Source: Lama glama
Lineage: Eukaryota
Assembly: GCA_028534125.1 (NCBI GenBank)
Contig: CM052816.1
Coordinates: 55,368,001-55,432,000 of the forward strand
Direction: 5' to 3'
DNA: 64,000 nucleotides
Below the pieces are notes generated by a model. It searched no databases. It worked only from the letters and a program-made list of their open reading frames with translations, and was not told the origin of the DNA. A program made the position numbers and the translations under genes. Of this stretch, positions 1 through 10,716 are shown piece after piece; the stretch's first letter is position 1; every line of letters starts with the position of its first letter.

Positions 1-129
1 GTTGTGAACCAAGAGGACCAATAACTGCTACGAAACAATTTTAGTCCCATCAAAGCAAAGGTATCATATATTAAGAAAAACAATGCCTGAAGGCACAGAT
101 GAATGAAAGAACCAGACATTACTTCAATG

Positions 130-560
130 GTGCCTGTTAAACATATATAGAACGTGTTAAGCACAGTACTGGTACTAGAAATCACACAGCTGAAAAAGTG
201 AGGTTTCTTTCTCTAGGGAACTTACAGTCTTGAGGGGAGACATCCTTGTACATGTAATTTCAGCACAGGATGATAATTACAGGACTAAAGTTCACTTCCC
301 TGGGAAGAGACCTTAGGAGGAAGTAGGGCAGGGGCATGGGAAGGTTTGCTGGAATACACAGGGCTGAATTCAGACTTGAACTAAAAGACAAAGGAAGGCA
401 GGCGAAGAAGAGGAGGAAAGACATTCAAGCTAGAAGGGACAGTTGAGTGAAGGCATGGAGACCTGAAAAGACATGGTGCAGGCTGTGTGCGACTGCCAGA
501 GCAGGGCAGAGGTCAGGCTTGGAAGGGAGAGATTTGGGAGTCAACTGCGTTTTAAGTAGT
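130..560 (-). mobile_element. L2 LINE 3' fragment (old)
   Basis: Degenerate L2-like motifs (tagggaacttacagtct...ggggagaca; ggcatggagacctgaaaagacatgg). Confidence 0.5.
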
Positions 561-604
561 GTGATACTTCTGGGATTTTGTTCCACCTGACCTATTAAAA
601 TCAC

Positions 605-2118
605 TGGACAGAGCTATATGCTCTAGGGGTGTCCCGTACGAGGGCTGCATGGGTCCTCCTGTTGCGGCAGGTTGATGCTGTGGGTGGTCTGGCAGGTGTG
701 GCTGGCACCCTGTCCTGTTGGTTGCCAGGCTCTGCTTTGTGCAGGTGCTGTGGCTGCTGGTGGGCTGGACTCGGTCAGGAGGCAGCTGACCCAGGGGGTC
801 CCAGGCCTAGTGCTGGCCCACTGGTGGGTGGAGCCAGGTTCTGTGGTGGGTGGCTGCAGGTCCAGGGGTCCTAGATCTAGTCGTGGCCCGGTCATCGGTG
901 GGGCTAGTTGCTGACATAGCTGGTTGCAGGATCTGGTAGGTCCCCAAACTGGTGACAGCCTGCTGGTGGGTGGGTACAGATCCTGGGCAGGCTGGATGAG
1001 GGGCCCTGGTGTAGGCTTGCTGCGGGCAGGGCCAAGGCCCAGGGGGTTCTGAGGCTGGTGCTGGCCTGCTGGTAGGTGAAGGTGGGTCCTGACACGACAG
1101 ACTACAGGGCTGCAGAGTCGTGGGGGTGATGTTTGCCTGCTGGTGGGCAGTCGGGTCCTAGGGTCTCTGGCTGCAGAACCTGGTGGTCCTGGAGTTGGTG
1201 TGTCAGCCCAGGGCCCATGGGGTCCCAGGGCTGATGCCTGCCTATTGGTGGGTGAGGCTGGTCCTGGGGCAAGTGCCAGCCCACTGGTGTGTAGGGCCGT
1301 GTCCTGGGTCCTCTGGCGGACAGGACCAGGTTTCAAGGCAGCTGTGGGCTCAGAGGGTCTTAAGGCAGCCAACCTGCTGGTGGATGGGGCTCTGTTTCTG
1401 CAGGGCTAACTGCCTAGCCTGAGACTAAGTACTGGTGTTGACAGGCAGGGCAGGGCCAGGTCCTGGTGCCAGTGAGCTAGAGGGAAGACTACAAAATGGT
1501 GCTTGTCAGGACCAATGCCCTCATGGCAGAACGACCTCCCAAACAACTGCCACCAGTGTCTATGTCCCCAGGGTGTCTCCAGTTGTCTCCTGCCTCTCCG
1601 AGAGACTCCAAAATCAGCAGGTGGGTCTGACCCAGGCTCCTTTCAAATTACTGCTTCTGTCTTGGGTCTTGGAGCATCTGAGATTTTGCGTGCGCTCTTT
1701 AAAAACTGGAGTCTCTATTTCTTACCACCCTCTGGCTCTTCTAAAATAAGCTCCACTGGTCTTCAAAGCCAAATGTTCTGGGAGCTCATCCTCCTGGTCC
1801 AGGACCCCCAGGCTGGGGAACCCAATGTGGGGCTCAGACTCCTGGGTCCTTGGGGAAAACCTCTGCAACTGGAATTATGTTCCTGTTTTCGGGTCGCCCT
1901 CCTGGGGTGTGGATAGTGACTCTACTGCCTCTCTCACCCCTCCTGCCCACCTCATTGTGGTTCCTTCTTTATATCGTCAGTTGTAGAAGAGCTTTTCTGC
2001 TAGTCTTCCCGTCTTCCGCGTCCATATGTGCTCTGTAAATAGCTGTAGTTCTGGCCTGTCTGCGGGAGGAGGTGAGCTCGGGATTTGCCTGCTCGCCCAC
2101 CTTGGCCACTCGCTTCCA
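605..2118 (-). mobile_element. L1 5' UTR (artiodactyl-type), isolated
   Basis: GC-rich, internally repetitive ctggtgggt/gggtcct tract. Minus strand begins ...CCAAGGTGGGCGAGCAGGCAAATCCCGAGCTCACCTCCTCC...GAAGACTAGCAGAAAAGCTCTTCTACAACT...GATATAAAGAAGGAACCACA, typical of ungulate L1 5' ends. Explains the ORF cluster at 623-2209. Confidence 0.8.
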
Positions 2119-2178
2119 CTATGAACATTCTTAAGCATGTTTTCTTTTGGTGAATGCCTTTCTGTTTAGCATATAATA

Positions 2179-3219
2179 CAGGCTGTTCCCAACTTGCACA
2201 GTACCACATAAATATGCATAAATTTCAGTTGCCACAGGTTAGTTAAATAACACCAGTTCCCCAGTAACACAATTTGAATTTCAGTTAACAATGTATATTA
2301 ATTGTGAGCAACTGCAGAAAGTACAAACTTCACTACTAACCCTTCAGTTCAGAAGTCACTATCTAAAAAACGAGATGGACATCATGATCAGAGGTCAGCC
2401 ACGGGTTCTGAAGGAAGCCTATAATCTGTTATTCAGTCCACTCACAGCAAAGCCTATCACAGTGTTACCTCTTTGTTTCCCAGTAATAAACCCATGCAAC
2501 GTTTTATAAAAATGGATAACTGGAAAAGGGAATTGGCCAATGAAGGGGAAAGTGCAAAAAAATCAACAAGTGGTAACGCTAGAGGTGAAATATGAATCAA
2601 AAATAAACGAGGAAATAGCTGATCATGGGAATGTTGACACTGCCAATATCTGAGGCACTAGATATGCAACCAGAGGAACTCAGCAAGGGTGAACTCATCT
2701 ACAAAAATGAAGAAACGGACTATGATAAAAAGGAGGAAGATGTCTCAAGGAAGTGACACCAGCAAAAACCTTTACAGTAAATGGACTCTCAGAGATGTTT
2801 CACAACATTGAAAGCATAAAGAATGAAATGTTGGGAGCCAGACTTTGGAAGGAGAATGACAGCCACTAAGGCAGAGAAAAGATGCTCACTCCATATACTC
2901 CGTACACGCAATATGACAAGAAGACAATTATTCTTCAAGCTATACTTAATAACTTTCTTACAAAGAAACAAAATGCTTTAATTCTCAATGTTTCTTATGT
3001 AAGAATTTACAGTGTACTGAATACATGTTAGTTTTACTGTCTTTTTCATTTCCCTATACAAATGTGACAGGAAGAGAGTTTTTAATGTTTTGATGAAGTT
3101 TTTGAAAGATCACAGAACAATCATCATTTCCCCATTGATTATTAAGATCATTTTGCATAGTGTCAGCTTGCATGGGCAAACTTGTATCCCACACTACTGT
3201 GCAAGGCAAGGACTGCCTG
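2179..3219 (+). mobile_element. Tigger (Tc1/mariner-pogo) non-autonomous DNA transposon, Tigger6-like
   Basis: Degenerate TIRs caggctgttcccaacttgcacagta ... tactgtgcaaggcaaggactgcctg, TA on the left, inserted into an old L1 fragment. Confidence 0.75.
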
Positions 3220-3930
3220 TCTTAAGGAGTGTAACTGACAGGGTAACGCACATTTGACACGCTGCTCAACTAGCAATCAATTCCTGTCATAAACCCCTGT
3301 CCTAGTGTGGCAGCCTTAAAGACTATGTTCCAATGAGGATCAGTAGAAGTGTAAGTCAACTTACGTCCTTGTGAATTAGTAAAGGTAAAGCAAAACGAAG
3401 AGTGAGTAACTATTAGGCACTAGCTCAGAATCTCAACATCAGTAAGCCTGTCGCTCTGCTCATAACATGATGTCTGCCTTTAACTATATGAACTAAGGCT
3501 TTGCCGAAATAATGCATCTTTTCACTTTGCCTGGTCCCATCCCATATGTCACTGCCCACAAACTTCTGACTAGACTAGTCCTTTCTATATAAAACTGGGC
3601 CGTACTTTATAGCAGGACCTACGCCAAAAACAATGACTACATGTCAGTGAACTTTTAAATACTATTAATAGTTAGAAATTAATTTCAAAAAGCAAAAAGC
3701 AAATATTAGATACAGTCAACTAGCAGAATCAAAATCTTTATTGAAAGTGTTTCCCAGAATTTCCTCTGCCCAAAATGGCAGTGGGCCTGTAAAACCATAG
3801 GATGACTGAAAACAAACAAACCAAAAAACAGAGGTCGGTCTGCAAAGGAGAATTGTGCAGATGTGCAAAAAGAAGCCGATGTAAGACACCCTGGGGCTCT
3901 GGAAAGAGAGAGAGAGAAAGAGAAGCTTCA

Positions 3931-4098
3931 GGGGAGGGGGAAGGTGTAGTGTAGCTCAGTGGTAGAGTACCCACTTAGCATGCACAGCATGCATGAGGTC
4001 CTGGGTTCAATCCCTAGTACCAGCCTTGAAAGGAAGGAAGGAAGGAAGAAAGAGAGAGAGACAAAGAAAGAAAGGAAGGAAGGAAAAGAAAAGAGAAG
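3931..4098 (+). mobile_element. Camelid Vic-1-type tRNA-derived SINE with GA-rich tail
   Basis: A box tagctcagtggtagag, B box gggttcaatccc, cttagcatgcac core. Confidence 0.85.
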
Positions 4099-4329
4099 CA
4101 AAGCTTTAGACCTTCCCTGTTCCCTAAAGGCTGAATTGTATGAGTTTTCTAACTCCTAGGGGGTTTTCAATAAATCCCCTCAATTCTACTCATGCTTTTG
4201 TAACAAGTTTCTGTTCCTTGTAACAAAACATACTCCAAGGTCACACTGCAATAATATCTAAATAATGTAGCGTAATTCAAACGCCACATGCACCATGCAT
4301 AAAGCTCAGTTTTTAATAAATAGCTATAA

Positions 4330-5000
4330 TTTTAATCTAACCCAAAATTTTTCATTTCTAAGTTACAAAGGTATATCATGTATGGATAGTCAGTGCAAAG
4401 AAACTAAAAGATACAGAAATGTACAGAAAAACTGTGAATGTGAAAATTCCTATACTTCTTCACCAAAGACTGACTCTCCCCATGCCCTCCCTGGAATAAA
4501 CACTAGTAACAGCCTTTCAGATCCTTTGTACGTCTCTATGTATATAATGTCACATATGTTTTAACATAAGAAAGATAATACTGTATTTACTCTTTATAAT
4601 AACTTGCTTTTGAAATCATTAATATGTCTTAAATATATGTCAGTCAATTAAGACCTTCTTGATGGCTTTTAACAGCATCTCTTATGTTAATAATTATACC
4701 CTTAATTATACCAATAATCATTACCCTTTCCTTATTGATAGTTGTTTCTAACTTTACAGTATTTAAAATTATGCTGCAGTGGTTTATACATCAATTACTG
4801 TGCACATGATTTAGTATTTCTGGAGTGTAGATTCTAAGAAATGGAATTGCTGAGTCAACTTTCACAGAAATTTCCCTCCTATTCCAGTATATAAGAGAAC
4901 ATATTTCTTCTACATTCTAACCAGTATCAGACACTAAATATTATCAATTTTTGATGAAAAAAGCTGATAAAATTTTTACCAATATGGTAGGTTAAAAAGT
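4330..5000 (-). mobile_element. Old L1 (L1ME-like) 3' fragment
   Basis: AT-rich, motifs such as tagattctaagaaatggaattgctgagtcaa. Confidence 0.55.
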
Positions 5001-5699
5001 TCACTTTTGTTTTTTTAATTCTTATAATTCAAAGAGCAAGCACAAAATAAAGGGTTTTTTTTTACTTAATTCACTTTTGAGTGTCACATTTGAATACATG
5101 GTTTCATATTGTGAAGCCGAATATGAAATTTCAACCATGTCTAAGAAAAATCAGTATATACACTATTACATTATAGGTAAGATATTTAAAAAGTAATGAA
5201 CCTATGGGCATTTCTTGTAAGAAAACTTGCCACATAGTTAAATATGTTGGTAACATTTCTATATGTCAGTATTTTATAAGCATTGACTATTTTTCCATAA
5301 TGTAACAAAGGTTAGTACACAAGATATAGAGCACAAGATAACTGAAAATGAAAAAAATTTATTTTCCTTAGTCTGCTCCTGTCCATCATTCCAGCACCAG
5401 TGTACTCCCACTGCTTCTTCCCTGATCCTCTCCACCCTCGAGGAGGGGAGAACACAAGTACAAGTGGCCTCCCAGTGATCACGGATCCTCCCCAACTCCC
5501 CATTACTATGGACTAGGACTCAAAAGCAAAATTAATAAGACAATGACACAATGAAACTGATTTCTATAAGGTCTAAGTCATTCCAATTTCCTTTCTCAAA
5601 ATTTCTTTATGTTTTAAAACAAGGAAAGAAAGAAACCAAAGGGAAATTTAAAGCAAACTCTTACAAACATTAGCCACTATATATAAAAATAGATTTTTA

Positions 5700-5790
5700 A
5701 AAAACTTTCTGCTGTATAGCACAGAGAACTATGTTCAATATCTTGTAATACCTTTAATGAAAAAATATGAAAATAAAAAATAAAAAGAAG
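5700..5790 (+). mobile_element. Short artiodactyl L1 3' UTR fragment
   Basis: ctgtatagcacagagaactatgttcaatatcttgtaata...gaaaaaatatgaaaat. Confidence 0.7.
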
Positions 5791-5859
5791 CAAACTCTGT
5801 TTACTAGGAAATAAAGCAATGTCCTTTGGTCTCAATGGACTGTTATACAACCAGAGCCT

Positions 5860-6075
5860 AATGAAGTGGAGGATTAAGAGTATTGGTTGGCCTGTAATCA
5901 GACCATTTGAGTTTGAATCCCAGTGTCCCCTCTTACCTTGAACAAATCACTTTCATCATCTAAGCTTCATAAAATGGAGATAATAACAGTAAGTACTCAA
6001 TAGAATGGTTGGGATCGAATGAAAATTGAATGCAGTCATCCTTGTAAAATTCTTAGCCTCTGTCTGATATACTAC
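5860..6075 (+). mobile_element. MIR SINE
   Basis: gagtttgaatcccag...taaaatggagataataacagta core. Confidence 0.7.
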
Positions 6076-6559
6076 CTACATGCTAAATAACAGTACCTAA
6101 GTTTCACTAGAATCGAATAGTGATCCTGTGTTTTATAGGAAGGCTGTATGTGGCCCAAGGTGAGAGGGTCTTCCCAAAGGGCTATGAAAGTACAGGGGAA
6201 TGAGGTGCCCTCACTGACGCTGGACACAGTGGTATGAGCAAAGCGAGGTAGGCAAGGTGAGACTGTAAAGCATAAAGAGATCACAGACAGAAACTGGAGC
6301 AGACTGCTGTAGAAGAAAGGAGGTGACTGAGACAGGAAAGGAGGCAGGCACAGCAGCAGATGGCCTGGAACCCAGACAGTTCCCCACTAGACATAGAAGG
6401 TACTTGCCTGTATCAAAATATTCAGCTGAGTAACTGGCAGTGGTGGTGTTGGTCCTGCCCCCAGGGCAGCCCTGCCCAGTCTAGATCCCTGAATGGTGAT
6501 CTCAGGGTAAGTGGCCATGGGCTAGAGGTACTCAGGTCTTCCCTTAAGCATTCTCCAGT

Positions 6560-7680
6560 CCATTCACTCATTCAGCCATTATTTACTGAACATCTATGAA
6601 GGGCCAAGCACTGGGCTAAATGTGGAGGAAACACTGAGTATATACTGGTGAACAGACAAGTAAATACATAATCACAAACTGTGAACAGTTTTATGGAATA
6701 AAAGAACAGAATAAGAGGAAAAATCTAATTTATATTGTTAGGTTAATGATGATGGTGGGAGCAGGCCAAGGGAAGGCTTCTCTAAGGAAGTGATACTCAA
6801 GCTGAGAACAGAATAGCAAGAATTAGACAGAACTGGAAGAAGAGCTTTCATGAAGAGGAAGCGTCAGGTGCAAAGATCCTGAGGTAGGAACGAACGCCCA
6901 AGAACCGAAAGTAGACTCGTGTGTGGTGCTGAAGGGCACCAGTGGCATGAGAAGAAGTTGGAGAAGTAGGTAAGGACCAGGTAACAAAGGGCATTATAAT
7001 TCACTGTTGCAGGATGGGTTCTGAGATGGAGTTTAGCTTGTAGGATGTTTATTAAAGGGTTCCCTCTGGATCAACATCTGCAGAAGAGGGGAAGGAAGTA
7101 AGCAAGATGGGCAGAGCAAGATGTGAGCTGAGGTTCAGGCCCAGATGACAGCTGCAGCCAATCCCATGTTCAGGTAGAATGGTCCTTCAAGCTAAGGTTC
7201 CCAAGACTTTACACCACTGCATTGACCCGTGATTGGATGTGGGCCACCTTGGGAAGGGTAGGACCTGGGGCAAGGGAGCTCCCTGCCACTAAAGCGGCTG
7301 ACAGTTAAAGGCATCTACTGACAGCATTCCCACTAGCCAGAGCAAAATGTCCTTTTTTGAAGGGAAATCTGGCAGGACAACACAGTGTTTACCACAGACA
7401 TAGTCTTGGAAGTTGGGATTTTATTTCTGCGCAATGGGAAAGCTGCCAAAGGATGGGAGTAAAGTGAGTAACATGACAACACCATGTCCAGCAGCATGAG
7501 CAGTATGGCCGCGGTATGGAGAACGGATCAGAGAGGGTAGGCTTGCAAGCAGAGAGACCAGTCAGGAGGCTGTTGTCCAAGCAGGAGGTGATGAAAGCTG
7601 GGAGTAGGATGGAAGAAGTGGAGACAGAGACAAGTGGAGGGATCCAAGGCGAATGGAAGGAAGAAAGGAATTGGTGAGGG
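6560..7680 (-). mobile_element. L2 3' region, split by an LTR33-like insertion
   Basis: cattcactcattcagccattatttactgaacatcta end; resumes after ~7390 (gagagaccagtcaggaggctgttgtccaag). Confidence 0.65.
7005..7388 (-). mobile_element. ERVL solo LTR, LTR33-like
   Basis: ctgagatggagtttagcttgtaggatgtttattaaagggttccctctggatcaacatctg matches the reverse complement of the LTR33 3' end as I recall it. Confidence 0.7.
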
Positions 7681-8360
7681 CTTACATGAGTGAGGAAGGG
7701 CAGGAGCAAGAATGCCTGGATGGAGCCTGCTCCCTCAGAGGCCTGGGAAGTGTCACTGCAGCCCTGGAGGTAGGGATTCTTCCAAGAAGTCAGCCAGTGA
7801 GGGACTGATACAAGCACTGCCCTGGGGAAAGGAAGTGATAAGCAGCAATGATGTGTTAAATGAAAAAGAGAAGTTAGCACTCAAAGACTTACTTCAATTT
7901 GCCTTGGAAAAAGTAAAGAAATCTGGAAAGCCATAATCAATTCAAATTTAGAAAAGATGAGAGAATTAAATTCTTCTATCCAATATGAAATCCACTGACA
8001 TATTATGGGAGGAGATACGCAAAATCAAAGGTTACGCAAAAGAACCTAATATTCTTTAAAACATAAATTTGATCCATCTAAGCAGTGTTCGCAGGGTATT
8101 GCAAAGAGAATTTAATTGTTTGGGGACACAGCTTTGAACTTGCTTTCTTTCAACAACAAATTAGGCTGAATGCAGCCTCAGCCTCCTTTTGACACTAATA
8201 TAATGGGCCAGCAATGAACTGGCCCTCCAACAAAGGAGCAGAGCAGCATCTGTGGAAAAAACAGCGCTGCTTTTGAAACAAAACTCTGCCAGACAAAGGT
8301 TTGCTCATGCACTACAGCCTACAAAAGTGAGAACAACATTACATGCTGTTATCAGGGTAC

Positions 8361-8492
8361 TTTTTCTTTTTTATTTTTTGGGGGGGGAGGTAATTAGGTT
8401 TATTTATTTATTATTTAATGGAGGTACTGGAGACTGAACCCAAGATCGCATACGTGCTAAGCATGCGCTCTACCACTGAGCTATACCCTCAC
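8361..8492 (-). mobile_element. Camelid Vic-1-type SINE
   Basis: gggaggtaattaggtttatttattt...gaggtactgg...tgaaccc...gtgctaagcatgcgctctaccactgagctataccc. Confidence 0.9.
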
Positions 8493-8529
8493 TCTTTTAG
8501 GGTACTTTCAATCATCGCCACTTTGAACC

Positions 8530-8705
8530 ATAGCATTTTAGAGCAGGAAGGGATCGTTAAAGAACGTATGATTCAACTATTCCATATTATAGATGGAAAG
8601 ACGGAGACTCAGAGGAGTTGACTGTTACGACCACATAGATTTGTGACAGGACATGAACTAGAATCCAGCTTTCTTACCCTCCGCACTTTCCACTACACCC
8701 ACTGC
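8530..8705 (-). mobile_element. MIR SINE
   Basis: tatagatggaaagacggagactcagagg...gaactagaatccag...ctttccactacaccc. Confidence 0.6.
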
Positions 8706-9424
8706 CCTTCCAATGATTAGAGATGTAAGAAAAGCTGCAGAGAAGCGCCTCTCTTAGCCAGTTACTCCTAAAACAAGAATTCTCTTAGGACACGACAAAG
8801 AGGGTTTGCTTATTGTGACTCTTCACCAAAAGAAACATTGTCAAATCAATATAAACGGTCCACAAGTATTTAACATTCCATTCTCAAATGTGTCTTTCTC
8901 TTGAATGTAGATTCTATTTTCATTTTTAAATTTTCCTGAAATCTCCCCCAGGAGAGAGCTCACACCCATGAATTTCCAACTTTCATATCATCAATTTGTA
9001 GTGTCTTTCTTTTTCATAAAGGTCAGTGAACAAAAATTGCATTCTGAAATGCAATCCCCTGGATTACAAACCTTCCGGAGAATTCTGTCTGGTGTTCAAG
9101 CCATCACACACGCTGCAGAACCAACTGCTGACCCATAAAGGAAGTACCATGCTGTAGAGACCTTTTGTACTGTTCTTTTTGTTAATAGACCCAGTGAGCC
9201 TCAACTGAATTCAGTCACAAATTTCCAGTGCACCATAGCTGGATGTCCACAGAGGAATACATGCCCTTCTAGGATATTGTAAAACTTAAAATTGGTAACT
9301 TTTGTCCTTTTCCAGAATAACATGAGGAAGCGTGAAACGTTTCTGCTTGCATTTACAGATTGTCCCCTTCCCGAAAGTCTCCACACCGCACCTGAGAGTA
9401 TTTTAATGGGTGTTGCCAGATCTG

Positions 9425-9607
9425 GCAGGGAGAGAGGAGACAGACAGAGTGGGGGGGGGCGGGAAGAGGGGGATGGAAGAGAGTAGAATAGAGGTGAGGG
9501 GAGGAGTGGGGAGGAGAATAAAGAGAAGGAGGGCAAAGGAGGAGCAGAATAGAGGGAGTGGGAGGGAGGGGAGTAGGAGGTTGGAGGGAGAAAGGAGGGA
9601 AGAGGGA
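9425..9607. repeat. Polypurine (GA-rich) low-complexity tract
   Basis: About 180 bp almost entirely G/A with many G3+ runs. Confidence 0.9.
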
Positions 9608-10191
9608 ATGCTTATGAAGAACAACTCTCATCAAGCTTTTTCTTTCCTTGTTTTCTCCTAGAGGCTAAGAAGAATTGGCGGAAATTCCCATAAAAATATG
9701 TTTTTGTTGGTATGACATACAGAATTTTGATGGTAAAAGTTCTGATAAATACCAAACATACACAATTGGTCTGTCCTCAGGACTTCTACGGTTTTTAGGA
9801 TCTAGTCAATATTTTACAAAATGTAATTTGCTTCTCTTAAAATAAAAAAGATAATGACCATGTTCAGTGAGCACCCGAAGACTGAGAGCAGAGTACTAGT
9901 CTAAATAAAATAATTTATATAAAGTGATTAGCATGGTACCTGGCACTTAGAATGAGCTAAGCAAATAAAAACTTATCATTATTTGTGTAATGGTGCAACC
10001 CAGTAAAACTTACAACAAAATTAATTGGACACAAATGACCTGTATATGTAAATATTAGGGCACGTGGTAATTAACCATAAATGAAAAGTTCTCATTACGT
10101 TCTTGAAATTAATATTACCTTTACAAAACCAGACCCAGTTTTTTCTATTTTAGAACTCTGCATCTTCATTATGTCCCATTATTTACATTAC

Positions 10192-10716
10192 AGACCTAGA
10201 GATTATTACTAACTGAAATATCATATGATATCACTTATACGTGAACTCTTTAAAAAATGATACAAACGAACTTATTTAAAACACAGAAACAGACTCATAG
10301 ACATTGAAAATAAATTTATAGTTACTAAAGGGGAATAGAGGGAGAGGGATAAATCAGGAGTTTGGGATTAACGTACACACACTACTACATGTAAAATAGA
10401 CAAACAAGGTCCTATCGTATAGCACAGGGAACCAGTTATATTCAACATCTTATGAGAATCTATAATGGAAAAGAACCTGAAAAACAATATACATAAGTAT
10501 ATGTTTATATACATGTATAAGCATAACTGAATCACTTTGCTCTACACCTGAAACTAGTACAACATTGTAAATCAACTATATTTCAATTTACAAAAAATAG
10601 AACTACCTTATGATCCAGCAATTCCACTTCAGGGTATATATCTAGAAGAAACAAAATCCTATGTGGAAGAGATGTCTGCATGCCCAGGTTCACTGCAGCA
10701 TTATTCACGACAGTCA
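10192..10716 (+). mobile_element. Artiodactyl L1 3' end plus adjacent L1 ORF2-end fragment
   Basis: atcatatgatatcacttatac...aaacagactcatagacattgaaaa...aacattgtaaatcaactata A-tail; then gaactaccttatgatccagcaattccactt. Confidence 0.85.

Noticed and set aside
623..1916. 249-aa Pro-rich ORF and overlapping ORFs
   Set aside because: Arise from the GC-rich, stop-poor L1 5' UTR.
3944..4021. tRNA gene
   Set aside because: A/B boxes belong to a tRNA-derived SINE with internal duplications; no proper cloverleaf. The same applies to the copies at 8361-8492 and 37455-37600.
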